Shown piece by piece: positions 36,309 to 45,091 of a stretch of DNA of 64,000 bases. This DNA is from a virus (Duplodnaviria > Caudoviricetes). Location of the stretch: positions 7,160-71,159 of the IMG/VR virus record IMGVR_UViG_3300014204_000174. The stretch is one strand, 5' to 3'. The first letter of the stretch is position 1; every line of letters starts with the position of its first letter. The position numbers were made by a program, and so were the translations under genes. Below the pieces are notes generated by a model that saw only the letters and a list, made by a program, of their open reading frames with translations, did not search any database and was not told the DNA's origin.

Positions 36309-37268
36309 ATGTCTTCTATGACAGATAAAATGTGGGAGTTTAAATATGCTCCTACAAAAGTTGAGGATATGATATTACCGGAAAGAGAATCTGCTATATT
36401 TTCAAAGTGGTTAAATGATAAAACTCTTAGTAACTGTCTACTTGTATCTGCTAATCCTGGTTGTGGAAAAACAACATTTACTAGTCTTTTTAGAAATTCA
36501 AAAGATTTTGTTTGTATTTTCATTAATGCTTCAAGAGAAACGAGTATTGAAACAGTAAGAGAAACTGTATCGTCATTCGTCAAAACTGTTACTATTTCTA
36601 CTGTGTCAGGAGCTCAAAAAGTAGTAATATTAGATGAAGCAGATAGAATGAGCCCGAATGCTCTTGATGCTCTTAAAGCTGAAATAGAAATATCAGCTTC
36701 TAATGCTAGATTCATATTTACAGCCAATAGAGAAACAGCTTTTCCAGAACCAATTTTATCTAGACTCAGTGTATTTAATTTTGATAGAATGTTCACTGAG
36801 AACAGAGCTGAAATGATGAAGATGGCATTTAGAAGAATAAGTTATATACTTGATTCTGAGAATGTAAAATATGATAAAACTGCTATAGTTGAACTTGTAA
36901 AGAAACTTGCTCCTGATTGGAGATCTCTTGTTAAAACATGTCAGTTACTTTCAGCTTATGATGGTACTATAGATTCATCAGCAGTATCAAGAGCTGATTT
37001 TACTTGTAGTGTAGATGAATTAATTAGACACCTAAAAGAAAAGAATTTTAGTGCAGTTAGATCTTTTAGTGCTAAGAATTCTGGAAATGAAGTTGCTGTA
37101 GTTGGTGAATTATGGAAACTTCTTGATTCAGATGAAGTAAAGAATGATTCTAAACCAGCTTTAGTTATGCTTCTTGCTGAAGCAAACAGATATTTAGCAG
37201 TTGTTCCAGATCCAGAAATAGAACTTATGAATTTATTCGTAATGATTATGTCAGAAAACATTCTTTAA
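36309..37268 (+). CDS. clamp loader large subunit (gp44/RFC-like)
   Basis: WEFKYAP, PGCGKTT, INAS, VILDEAD, FTAN, SRL. Confidence 0.9.
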   Translation: MSSMTDKMWEFKYAPTKVEDMILPERESAIFSKWLNDKTLSNCLLVSANPGCGKTTFTSLFRNSKDFVCIFINASRETSIETVRETVSSFVKTVTISTVSGAQKVVILDEADRMSPNALDALKAEIEISASNARFIFTANRETAFPEPILSRLSVFNFDRMFTENRAEMMKMAFRRISYILDSENVKYDKTAIVELVKKLAPDWRSLVKTCQLLSAYDGTIDSSAVSRADFTCSVDELIRHLKEKNFSAVRSFSAKNSGNEVAVVGELWKLLDSDEVKNDSKPALVMLLAEANRYLAVVPDPEIELMNLFVMIMSENIL

Positions 37269-37282
37269 TAGAAAGTTAAAAT

Positions 37283-37720
37283 ATGAATCCATATCTTGAT
37301 AATGAAATTCTTGGAGACTGTTTCATAGATAAATGTTCTGCTGGAACAGAATCTACTGAGAATATAGAAACTTATGTTAAAAAATGGTTAGACGAAGGTA
37401 TGGAATGTGAACTTTGGGAATTTCTTGGATTCAGACATCCAACTCATTATTCAATGTTTATACAAGATAAAAGTTTTGTTAATAATTATTGTTCTATTTT
37501 AAGAAAATTAGTTGACATGCCAAGTGATGAAAGACAAAAATATCTTAAATCCATTTTAACTGAAGCTAGTATTGTATCAACTCTTATAGAAATAGAAAAT
37601 CAGTCTGAAGCTGAATTATGTAAAGTAATAAATGATTCTCAATGTTTATCTGATGATGATTTAATTATTTTTGATGAAGATGACGATGATGAAGAGGAGG
37701 AAACTACTGATGGCAGTTAA
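37283..37720 (+). CDS. hypothetical acidic protein
   Basis: ORF track. Confidence 0.55.
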   Translation: MNPYLDNEILGDCFIDKCSAGTESTENIETYVKKWLDEGMECELWEFLGFRHPTHYSMFIQDKSFVNNYCSILRKLVDMPSDERQKYLKSILTEASIVSTLIEIENQSEAELCKVINDSQCLSDDDLIIFDEDDDDEEEETTDGS

Positions 37721-38072
37721 TTCTCTTTTCGATGTAGTAAAAAATCTAACTTCTGAAAAAGATAAAGATGGTTTAGGTTCTAAATTCTTTACTTCATTTA
37801 TGGTAACAAGATTTCTTAGTATGGATATAAATTATGTTCCAATTGCAGCAGCAGCAAATAGACTTATACAGTGGGCTCCTAAATTTGCTCAAGAAAAGTT
37901 TTTCTTTTATTCTATTCCTAAGAAAAGAGTATTTCTTAAATATATTAAAGGAGATAAGTTAAAAGAACAAGATTTATCTTCTGTAATAGAAGAACTTAAT
38001 ATTTCTGATAAAAAAGCTGTTGAACTTCTTGAGTTTTCAAATAAATTAAATATGGCAAGGAATGGATTATGA
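37671..38072 (+). CDS. clamp loader small subunit (gp62-like); start probably 37710
   Basis: FMVTRFLSM...AN...FFYSIPKKRVFLKYIK. Confidence 0.75.
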   Translation: MMKMTMMKRRKLLMAVNSLFDVVKNLTSEKDKDGLGSKFFTSFMVTRFLSMDINYVPIAAAANRLIQWAPKFAQEKFFFYSIPKKRVFLKYIKGDKLKEQDLSSVIEELNISDKKAVELLEFSNKLNMARNGL

Positions 38073-39130
38073 TAGATAGAAAAACAGATAATTGGTTGAT
38101 TACAGGAAGTAATGGATTTATTGGGTCTAATTTTGTTGCTATGCTTGCAAGAGCAGCTTTTCATTCTGGTGTTTCTATGAACGGTGGATCATTTATATTA
38201 AATCCAAGGAAAATAATTTGTTTTGATGCTATGACATATGCTGCTATGCCAGATCATAAACTTCGAGAGTTCATTGGATTTTCAAAATGTGGAAACATAA
38301 AGACTATTCCTGGTGATATAAGAGAAAGAGGTTTAGTAAAATATCTTATAGATTTATATGATATAGATATTGTAGTAAATTTTGCAGCTGAAACTCATGT
38401 AGATAATTCTATAACGAGGCCTGGATCATTTGTAGAATCAAACGTAAATGGTGTATATCAATTACTTGAAGCCATAAGAGAAACAAAGAAAAAACCAAGA
38501 TTTCATCATATTTCAACAGATGAAGTATTTGGATCTTTAGATGAAGAAGATAAACCTTGGACTGAAGAATCTCCATATTCTCCAAATTCACCATATGCTG
38601 CAACTAAAGCTGCAGCTGATCATTTGGTTAGATCTTTTGGAAAAGCATATGAAATAGAATTTTCAATAACTCATTCGTGTAACTGTTTTGGAAGAAACCA
38701 ATTTCCAGAAAAACTTATACCTAGACTTGTTAAAACTTCTATTGAAGAAGGAAAGATATATGTTTATGGAAATGGTAGACAACTTAGAGAATGGAAATAT
38801 GTTGAAGATAATTGTTTAGATATTCTTTATGCTATAATTCTTGGTGAAAAGAATACATCATATTGCATCGGCGGTGGAATAGAAAAAAGAGTATCAGATG
38901 TAGTAGATTTATCAATAAAGAAAATGTTAGATAGAGGAATAATTAATTCTGCTCCAGAAATAGTTAATATACCAGATCCGCGTGGTCTTTCTCAAGATCA
39001 CAGATATTCAATGAATGATATTAAATTCAGAAGTATACCAAGAGTATCAAAAATTAAATATACAGAAAAAGATTTCGATTTTGATTTAGGAATAGCTATA
39101 GAAAGTACATTTCATGATACTCTTATTTAA
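38069..39130 (+). CDS. rmlB: dTDP-glucose 4,6-dehydratase (RmlB-like)
   Basis: TGSNGFIG, NFAAETHVD, STDEVFG, PNSPYAATK, QFPEKLIP. Confidence 0.9.
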   Translation: MIDRKTDNWLITGSNGFIGSNFVAMLARAAFHSGVSMNGGSFILNPRKIICFDAMTYAAMPDHKLREFIGFSKCGNIKTIPGDIRERGLVKYLIDLYDIDIVVNFAAETHVDNSITRPGSFVESNVNGVYQLLEAIRETKKKPRFHHISTDEVFGSLDEEDKPWTEESPYSPNSPYAATKAAADHLVRSFGKAYEIEFSITHSCNCFGRNQFPEKLIPRLVKTSIEEGKIYVYGNGRQLREWKYVEDNCLDILYAIILGEKNTSYCIGGGIEKRVSDVVDLSIKKMLDRGIINSAPEIVNIPDPRGLSQDHRYSMNDIKFRSIPRVSKIKYTEKDFDFDLGIAIESTFHDTLI

Positions 39131-39135
39131 ATTGA

Positions 39136-39164
39136 TTGACATTTAAGTTCTTTATTGTTATATT
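39136..39164 (+). promoter_or_regulatory. class I sigma70-like promoter
   Basis: TTGACA-N17-TATATT. Confidence 0.8.
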
Positions 39165-39184
39165 ATATTAAAATTGGAGATTAA

Positions 39185-40294
39185 ATGCAATCTATTGATA
39201 TAATTTCAGAATTAAAAATGGTTTTGTCTGGAATGACAAAAGTATCGCCATATGTCTATAATTCAAGATGCCCAGTTTGTGGAGATTCTAAATCTAAAAA
39301 GTCAAAGAAAAGATTTTATATACTTCTTAAAAAAGAAGTTGTTTATTGTCATAATTGTGGATACTCATCTTCTATAAAGAGATTCATTCGAGAATATTTT
39401 CCAGACATTCAGTCTAAACTATTCAGAGATTCATCTGTAGAAGCAATTAGAAATAAATCATTCGAAAGAAAAAGTATTGTAGAAAATATTAAATCTTCTA
39501 CTAAAATAAAAGTAAAAACTGAATGGTTAGAAAAAGCTGCTGAAAAATATGGATTAGTAAAAACTAATCTTCCACAAATAGCAGAAGATTTTATAGAAAA
39601 AAGAGGATTAAGAAAAAGAGATCATGGTGAAATATGGTACATTGAAGATTTCTTTGGACTTTCAGCTTTTGTAAACTCAATAAAAGATAAAAAACCAGAA
39701 CTTAAAGCTAAAGGTTTTGATCCTAGAATTTTTATTCCTTTTTTCGATAATGATGGAATTTTATATGCAGCTCAGGGAAGAGCTTTATATGAAACTCAAA
39801 GTCCAAAATATTTAACAGTTTTACCAAATGAATCTAAACCAAAATTATATAATGTTTTTTCAGTAGATAAAAATTCTACAATATATGTTTTAGAAGGACC
39901 AATAGATTCAATGTTTGTAAAGAATTCAGTTGCAACTGCTGGCTCAAATTCAACTGAGTCTGTAAGACAGTTTCTCTCTGAAGTAAATAAAAAAGTTTAT
40001 GTATTCGATAGAGATTTTTCTTATAATTGGGATGTTAGAATTGCTATGAAAAAAGCTGTTTCAAATGGAGAAACTGTCTTTATTCATCCTCCAGAATTTG
40101 GTTCATGTAAAGACATAAATGATTATGTTTTAAAAACTGGAGCAACTTGTGAAGAAATAACTGATATGATAGATAAAAATTCATTCAGTGGTGTAGTAGC
40201 AGCTGCAAGAATGGCTGTTTTCAGATCAAGGGAGGGAGATGGAAGAAGACAAAAGGCCAGATATAGTTCTAGCCGACGTCCACTTCGGAGCTAG
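39185..40294 (+). CDS. DNA primase (gp61)
   Basis: RCPVCGDS...CHNCG; RIFIPFF...QGR; VLEGPIDSMF; KDIND. Confidence 0.9.
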   Translation: MQSIDIISELKMVLSGMTKVSPYVYNSRCPVCGDSKSKKSKKRFYILLKKEVVYCHNCGYSSSIKRFIREYFPDIQSKLFRDSSVEAIRNKSFERKSIVENIKSSTKIKVKTEWLEKAAEKYGLVKTNLPQIAEDFIEKRGLRKRDHGEIWYIEDFFGLSAFVNSIKDKKPELKAKGFDPRIFIPFFDNDGILYAAQGRALYETQSPKYLTVLPNESKPKLYNVFSVDKNSTIYVLEGPIDSMFVKNSVATAGSNSTESVRQFLSEVNKKVYVFDRDFSYNWDVRIAMKKAVSNGETVFIHPPEFGSCKDINDYVLKTGATCEEITDMIDKNSFSGVVAAARMAVFRSREGDGRRQKARYSSSRRPLRS

Positions 40295-41315
40295 AAATTC
40301 AAGTCAGTTCTTCTTGGATAAGACGAGAATATTTTTTGATAGATTATTTTCTCACTTACAAAATAATGATGTTGGTGATGTATTTGTACTTGGTGATTTA
40401 ATGAATGATAGGAGAGAAATAAACATACTTGTTTATAACACAGTATTCGAAATACTTGAAAGATTTGAAGAACTTTATAAAGATAAAGGAATAAAATGTA
40501 TATATGTTCTTGGTAATCATGATCTTTATTATAAAAATACTGTAGCTGTTAATTCTCTTAGACCAGTATTGTCTAAATTTAAGCATACTGTATTTTCAGA
40601 AGAACCATTCTTTTATAATAAAAAAGCAATAATTCCATGGGTCATGCAAGAAAATGCTGAAAGAGTATCTAAATTTATAAAGGAAGCTTCTTTAGTTGGA
40701 TGTGATACTTTATTTGGTCATTTTAGTTTTTCAGATGTAGTTCCATATGGTGGAAAAGACCATATACAATTTTCTGAAATATCTAAATTTAGAGAGGTTC
40801 TTTCAGGTCATTATCATATTAGAAAGAAATATGGAAATTTTAGTTATGTTGGATCTATTTTAGACTTTTGTTGGTCTGAAGAAAATAGTCCACATGGTTT
40901 TGCTGAATTACATAATGATGGTAAACTTGAATATTTTGATAATGATAATAGTCTTCATAAGAAAGTTTATGTATATGGATCTTCTGATATGTCTGAAGCT
41001 GAAGTTAATTCTGGAGAAGCTTTTGTAAAAGTAGTTCTTATGAAAGGATTCCAATCTACAAAGTCTGAATATGATAAGTTTATAACTTCTCTAGAAAGTA
41101 AATGTTATGATGTTCAAGTTGTAAGTGAGAATTCTAATTTTATAGAAGAAGGTGAAGAAAATAATACAGATTGTGAAATTGAAAGTAAAAGTTTTGATGA
41201 GTTCTTAAGAGACTTTTTTAGCACTAAGCAACTTCCTCCTGGCATAAACAGAGAAGTTATAATTAAGTTATTTTTAAGTTTAAGTGAGCTTTCAGATAGA
41301 AGGGAAAATAATTAG
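40239..41315 (+). CDS. recombination endonuclease subunit (gp47/Mre11/SbcD)
   Basis: ADVHFG, LGD, GNHD, GH, SGHYH, YVGS. Confidence 0.9.
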   Translation: MEEDKRPDIVLADVHFGARNSSQFFLDKTRIFFDRLFSHLQNNDVGDVFVLGDLMNDRREINILVYNTVFEILERFEELYKDKGIKCIYVLGNHDLYYKNTVAVNSLRPVLSKFKHTVFSEEPFFYNKKAIIPWVMQENAERVSKFIKEASLVGCDTLFGHFSFSDVVPYGGKDHIQFSEISKFREVLSGHYHIRKKYGNFSYVGSILDFCWSEENSPHGFAELHNDGKLEYFDNDNSLHKKVYVYGSSDMSEAEVNSGEAFVKVVLMKGFQSTKSEYDKFITSLESKCYDVQVVSENSNFIEEGEENNTDCEIESKSFDEFLRDFFSTKQLPPGINREVIIKLFLSLSELSDRRENN

Positions 41316-41690
41316 ATGGAAGAATTATTAGAATCTATGACTTTTAGACAATTAAGACTTTTAGAAAAAAGAATGGATGAGCTTTTTGGAAAGTCTAATA
41401 TAGATGTAGATTTTACTCAGCATTTTAAAGAGCGAGTTATAAAGAGAAATATAAATGAACCAGAACTTAAATCAATGCTTCTTAAACTTTACAGTATGCA
41501 TAGAGGTGAAATATCAAGAGATGAGTTTAAAGCTTTAGTGTTTGATGTATCTACATTCCTAAATGTTCCAATAGATGTGGAATGGAAAGAACGTAAAGGC
41601 CAATATGAACTTTATTTAATAACTGCATTTAATACGAAAGATAAAGGTAAACCAGGTGGAGGACAAGGAAAACCAATTATCAAAGTCTGA
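41316..41690 (+). CDS. hypothetical protein (FTxHFxER motif)
   Basis: VDFTQHFKERVIKRNI. Confidence 0.55.
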   Translation: MEELLESMTFRQLRLLEKRMDELFGKSNIDVDFTQHFKERVIKRNINEPELKSMLLKLYSMHRGEISRDEFKALVFDVSTFLNVPIDVEWKERKGQYELYLITAFNTKDKGKPGGGQGKPIIKV

Positions 41691-42105
41691 ATTAGATGAA
41701 GCATTAAAAAGAGCAGTAACACGAGCTCTTGAGACTGTTGATTTATTTGGTAGAACTAAAGATTTTACTGGTTGCAAAGAATCAAATGTTAATAATAGAG
41801 TTATAGATATGTTAAGAATGAATATGTATCAGATGGGTGTTAAAGATTCTGTATTATCTGTAGCTTCTAAACATTTTGATGATTCTTTAGTAGATGTAGT
41901 TATGCATAAAGAAGGAATAACTTTATTATATGAAGGAGATCCATTTGAAATTTTTGGAATAGATATAAAATTAGATAATGATAATAGAGAAATATCTTTA
42001 GAAAAATTAGTAGAAACATCTTCTTATATTAGTAATGTAACACTGTTTACAGATTATGAAGAACCTTTTATCATTAAACAAAACATAAATATTGGTTCCA
42101 GTTGA
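41656..42105 (+). CDS. hypothetical protein
   Basis: ORF track. Confidence 0.55.
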   Translation: MEDKENQLSKSELDEALKRAVTRALETVDLFGRTKDFTGCKESNVNNRVIDMLRMNMYQMGVKDSVLSVASKHFDDSLVDVVMHKEGITLLYEGDPFEIFGIDIKLDNDNREISLEKLVETSSYISNVTLFTDYEEPFIIKQNINIGSS

Positions 42106-42334
42106 GGAGGAAGTTATGAACAAAGATAAGAGTGAAGATCCTTCAAAGTTTAAAGCTAAATCTGTTTCAACAGAGAATTCTAGTAATTATAATGCTTCTT
42201 GGACTCAAAATGGTTATGTAATTTCACCAATGAATACTATTCCGGTTGATAGATGGCCATTTAAGCTTCGAGATGAGACTGATGAAGAGTTTGATGCTAG
42301 GATGGAAAAATTAAAAAATAATGATAAAAAATAG
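42092..42334 (+). CDS. hypothetical protein
   Basis: ORF track. Confidence 0.45.
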   Translation: MVPVEEEVMNKDKSEDPSKFKAKSVSTENSSNYNASWTQNGYVISPMNTIPVDRWPFKLRDETDEEFDARMEKLKNNDKK

Positions 42335-42363
42335 TTGACATTGGGAATTCTGAGTATTATATT
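42335..42363 (+). promoter_or_regulatory. class I sigma70-like promoter
   Basis: TTGACA-N17-TATATT. Confidence 0.8.
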
Positions 42364-42382
42364 ATTTATTGAAATTGAAATT

Positions 42383-42458
42383 ACCCTCGTGGCCTAACGG
42401 TGAAGGCGTCTGGCTTATATCCAGTAGATTGGGAGTTCAAATCTCTCCGAGGGTACCA
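42383..42458 (+). tRNA. tRNA-Ile(UAU)
   Basis: ACCCUCG/CGAGGGU-A-CCA; loop CU-UAU-AU. Confidence 0.85.
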
Positions 42459-42619
42459 ATTAAGTTTAAAAGTTCAATCTAGAAATAGTCTAGATTGTGT
42501 AGAATGACATTAGACACAGTTTAGAATCTTCTGAATAGATACAAGTATATGATCTGGAAAAAGACACTAAACTTTATCTAACATAATCGTAGTTAATCAT
42601 TGAAGGAGGTGATTCTGAC

Positions 42620-43732
42620 ATGGACAAGACTGAAAAAACTCAAAGAATAAAAGAACTGAAACAGGAAATTTCTGTTTTAGATCAGAAGCAAGGGAGTTTA
42701 AAAGTCTTGCTCTAATGTGCACTAAATTCTGGTTATGGTGCACTTGCGAATCCATATTTTGCTATGTATGATATTCGTTTAGCTAAAGCAATTACATATA
42801 CAGCTCAGTTAGTTACTAATTGGGTTAAACAACATCTTGAAAAATGTGAACATAAGTGCATATATGGGGATACGGATAGTTTGTATCTTTGTGTCCAAAA
42901 TCAAGTTAAGAAATTATGCTCTGAATCTGAAGTAGATTATGATTCTATTACTTGGGATGAACGCAGAGAAATGATGTATACTGTATCTAAAAAAATAGAT
43001 ATAATTGTAGCAGAAGCTTTATCAGAACTTTCAGATTACTTATGTGTATTTGAACGATGTCTACATATGAAAAGAGAACTTTTTGGATTTGCTGGAATAT
43101 GGATAAAGAAGAAAACATATTGCATAAAATTATTGGATAAAGAAGGTAAATATTGTGGTCCAGATGAGAAACCATATGTTAAGGGTTTTGATATAGCTAA
43201 ATCTTCAGCTAATCCGAAATGGATTCTTGATACTTTAGTTGAACATCTTGAACTTGTATTTACTGGAAATTCTAAAGCTGTTTATGAATTTGAAGCAAAG
43301 AAAAGATCAGAGTTCAAAGAACTTCATCCAGATGATTTTTCTTTTATACGTTCTACAACTGCTATGGGCAATTATTCTTCAGCTGAAGACAAAGGAGTTC
43401 AAGCTCATATAAAAGCAGCAATTATTTATAATGATATTGCTTCAAAAGAAGAATTTAAAAGTATATTTCCAAAAGTTTACATTGGAGACAAGATCCGGTA
43501 TTTTTATACTAAAACTCCAAATGGACTTGGAACTAATGTAGCAGGGTATAGTGTATCTGCTGATGGAAAAAGATTTTTGGATGTTTTAAAAAATGAATAT
43601 GGAATAGAACCAGATTTTGATACTCAGTGGGAAAAGATATTAATCGGTCCAGCCAGAAGACTTACTGATGCAGTTGGTTGGAATATGGATTCATTTAAGA
43701 GGAATAGTATATTTGATATTATGAGGAAATGA
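42620..43732 (+). CDS. family B DNA polymerase, C-terminal fragment (gp43B-like), interrupted by in-frame TAA at 42713
   Basis: AAGGAGGTGA RBS then ATG 42620; QGSLKVLL*CALNSGYGALANPYF; YGDTDS; KK.Y; KGFD. Confidence 0.85.
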
Positions 43733-44160
43733 TGTGGAATAAAGATAAGTATATAGATTCTTTACCTTCTGAATCAGATTATATGAGAGCAAGAAAACTT
43801 GGTTTAACAGATGGTGAAAAAAGAATAAAAAGTGGTGAACTTCATCACCCTATGTCTAGAAGGATAATGTCATTTATAGAAGAGCATGACTTTATAGACT
43901 ATAATGATTTCTTTTGTTGGAAATCTGGTGGTGATGGTGATAATGGAGAAGCTTTGATGTGGGAACTTGATGCTTTCTTTGAGTTCTTAGATGCTACGGA
44001 GAAAAAGGATAATATAAAATGTGATAAATGCGGAAGTGAAATAGATGTATGTAGTAGTCCAGATAAATCATTAAGTCTTTGTAGAGCATGTGCAGTTAAT
44101 AATGCTATTGAAGTTTTATCAAAAGAAATAGCTGAATTTGAATCAAAAGATAAAAAGTAG
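43729..44160 (+). CDS. hypothetical protein
   Basis: ORF track; GGDGDNGE motif; C-terminal Zn ribbon. Confidence 0.55.
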   Translation: MMWNKDKYIDSLPSESDYMRARKLGLTDGEKRIKSGELHHPMSRRIMSFIEEHDFIDYNDFFCWKSGGDGDNGEALMWELDAFFEFLDATEKKDNIKCDKCGSEIDVCSSPDKSLSLCRACAVNNAIEVLSKEIAEFESKDKK

Positions 44161-44189
44161 TTGACATTGATTGCTTCATATATTATATT
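44161..44189 (+). promoter_or_regulatory. class I sigma70-like promoter (drives ncRNA)
   Basis: TTGACA-N17-TATATT. Confidence 0.8.
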
Positions 44190-44210
44190 AAATTCAAGGT
44201 AACAAAAAAA

Positions 44211-44329
44211 GCAATGGTCGGTGAATTTGGGAAGTCGCGGGAAGTGGACCCAAATTAGCCAGAAGCCTTAAAGTCTAAGAGACGCTTTTATTGGCGGCCG
44301 CAACAAACCCGCGATACATCGACTATTGC
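44211..44329 (+). ncRNA. unclassified pseudoknotted structured RNA (119 nt)
   Basis: 13-bp terminal helix with 2 G-U; AAUUUGGG/CCCAAAUU whose loop GUCGCGGG pairs with CCCGCGAU (44308-44315); own promoter. Confidence 0.7.
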
Positions 44330-44360
44330 ATCTTTAAATTTTTTATAAAAGGATAAAATA

Positions 44361-44825
44361 ATGTCAGAACTTAAGAACGTAACAGTAAAACTTAAAATAG
44401 AACTTAATACAGACGCTTATGGAAATGCTTTTAAGAAAGCATATTTTTCTTCATCAGAATTAGATGGTGTTATTTCTATTGAAGGAACAATTAATTTTCC
44501 TACTGAAATTTTTGCTGATAAAATAGAAGAAAGAGTTTTTGATCTTATTAAATCTTTTTCTACAGATGAAATATCGATTCAACCTGATGTAATTAGAATG
44601 AGTACCATTACTTCTTCTAAAGAAATCTTTTTTAGTTCTCAAGTAATATTGGATTATATTGAAAAAGAAATTATAGTATTTAATAGAGAAAAAGAATTAT
44701 GTACAGTTTTAATGGACCCAGAAACATCTCAAATAAGTATTGATGTTCCAGAGAAGTATGCTGATAAAGTTAAGATCTTTCTTGATGGTATAACATTTTC
44801 TACAAATACATATGAAGCAGAATGA
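44361..44825 (+). CDS. hypothetical protein
   Basis: ORF track; RBS. Confidence 0.55.
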   Translation: MSELKNVTVKLKIELNTDAYGNAFKKAYFSSSELDGVISIEGTINFPTEIFADKIEERVFDLIKSFSTDEISIQPDVIRMSTITSSKEIFFSSQVILDYIEKEIIVFNREKELCTVLMDPETSQISIDVPEKYADKVKIFLDGITFSTNTYEAE

Positions 44826-44834
44826 TAAAACATT

Positions 44835-44910
44835 CGGAGTGTAGCTCAGTTGGTAGAGCACTCGGCCTGGGCCCGAGAGGTCGTCCGTTCAAGCCGGACC
44901 ACTCCGACCA
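44835..44910 (+). tRNA. tRNA-Pro(UGG) (C33 variant)
   Basis: CGGAGUG/CACUCCG-A-CCA; loop CC-UGG-GC. Confidence 0.9.
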
Positions 44911-44918
44911 AATTTTAT

Positions 44919-44994
44919 TGGGATGTAGCTCAACTGGTAGAGCAACTGGCTTTGGACCAGTAGATTGCTGGTTCGATTCCAGTCATCCCAGCCA
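44919..44994 (+). tRNA. tRNA-Gln(UUG)
   Basis: UGGGAUG/CAUCCCA-G-CCA; ACUGG-CUUUGGA-CCAGU. Confidence 0.95.
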
Positions 44995-45091
44995 AATTAA
45001 AGGAAAATTGGAATGTTTTTGCTTATTATAATTTTAGTATGTGCATTTTTATATATTTTCATTATTATGAAGACGATGATGAAGTTAGAAT

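Noticed and set aside
44211-44329. Cobalamin riboswitch
   Set aside because: GGGAA and CCGCAAC are present, but the B12 box and P4-P6 architecture are not; the pairing pattern fits a different fold.
44822-45031. 69-aa ORF
   Set aside because: It is a read-through of two tRNA genes.
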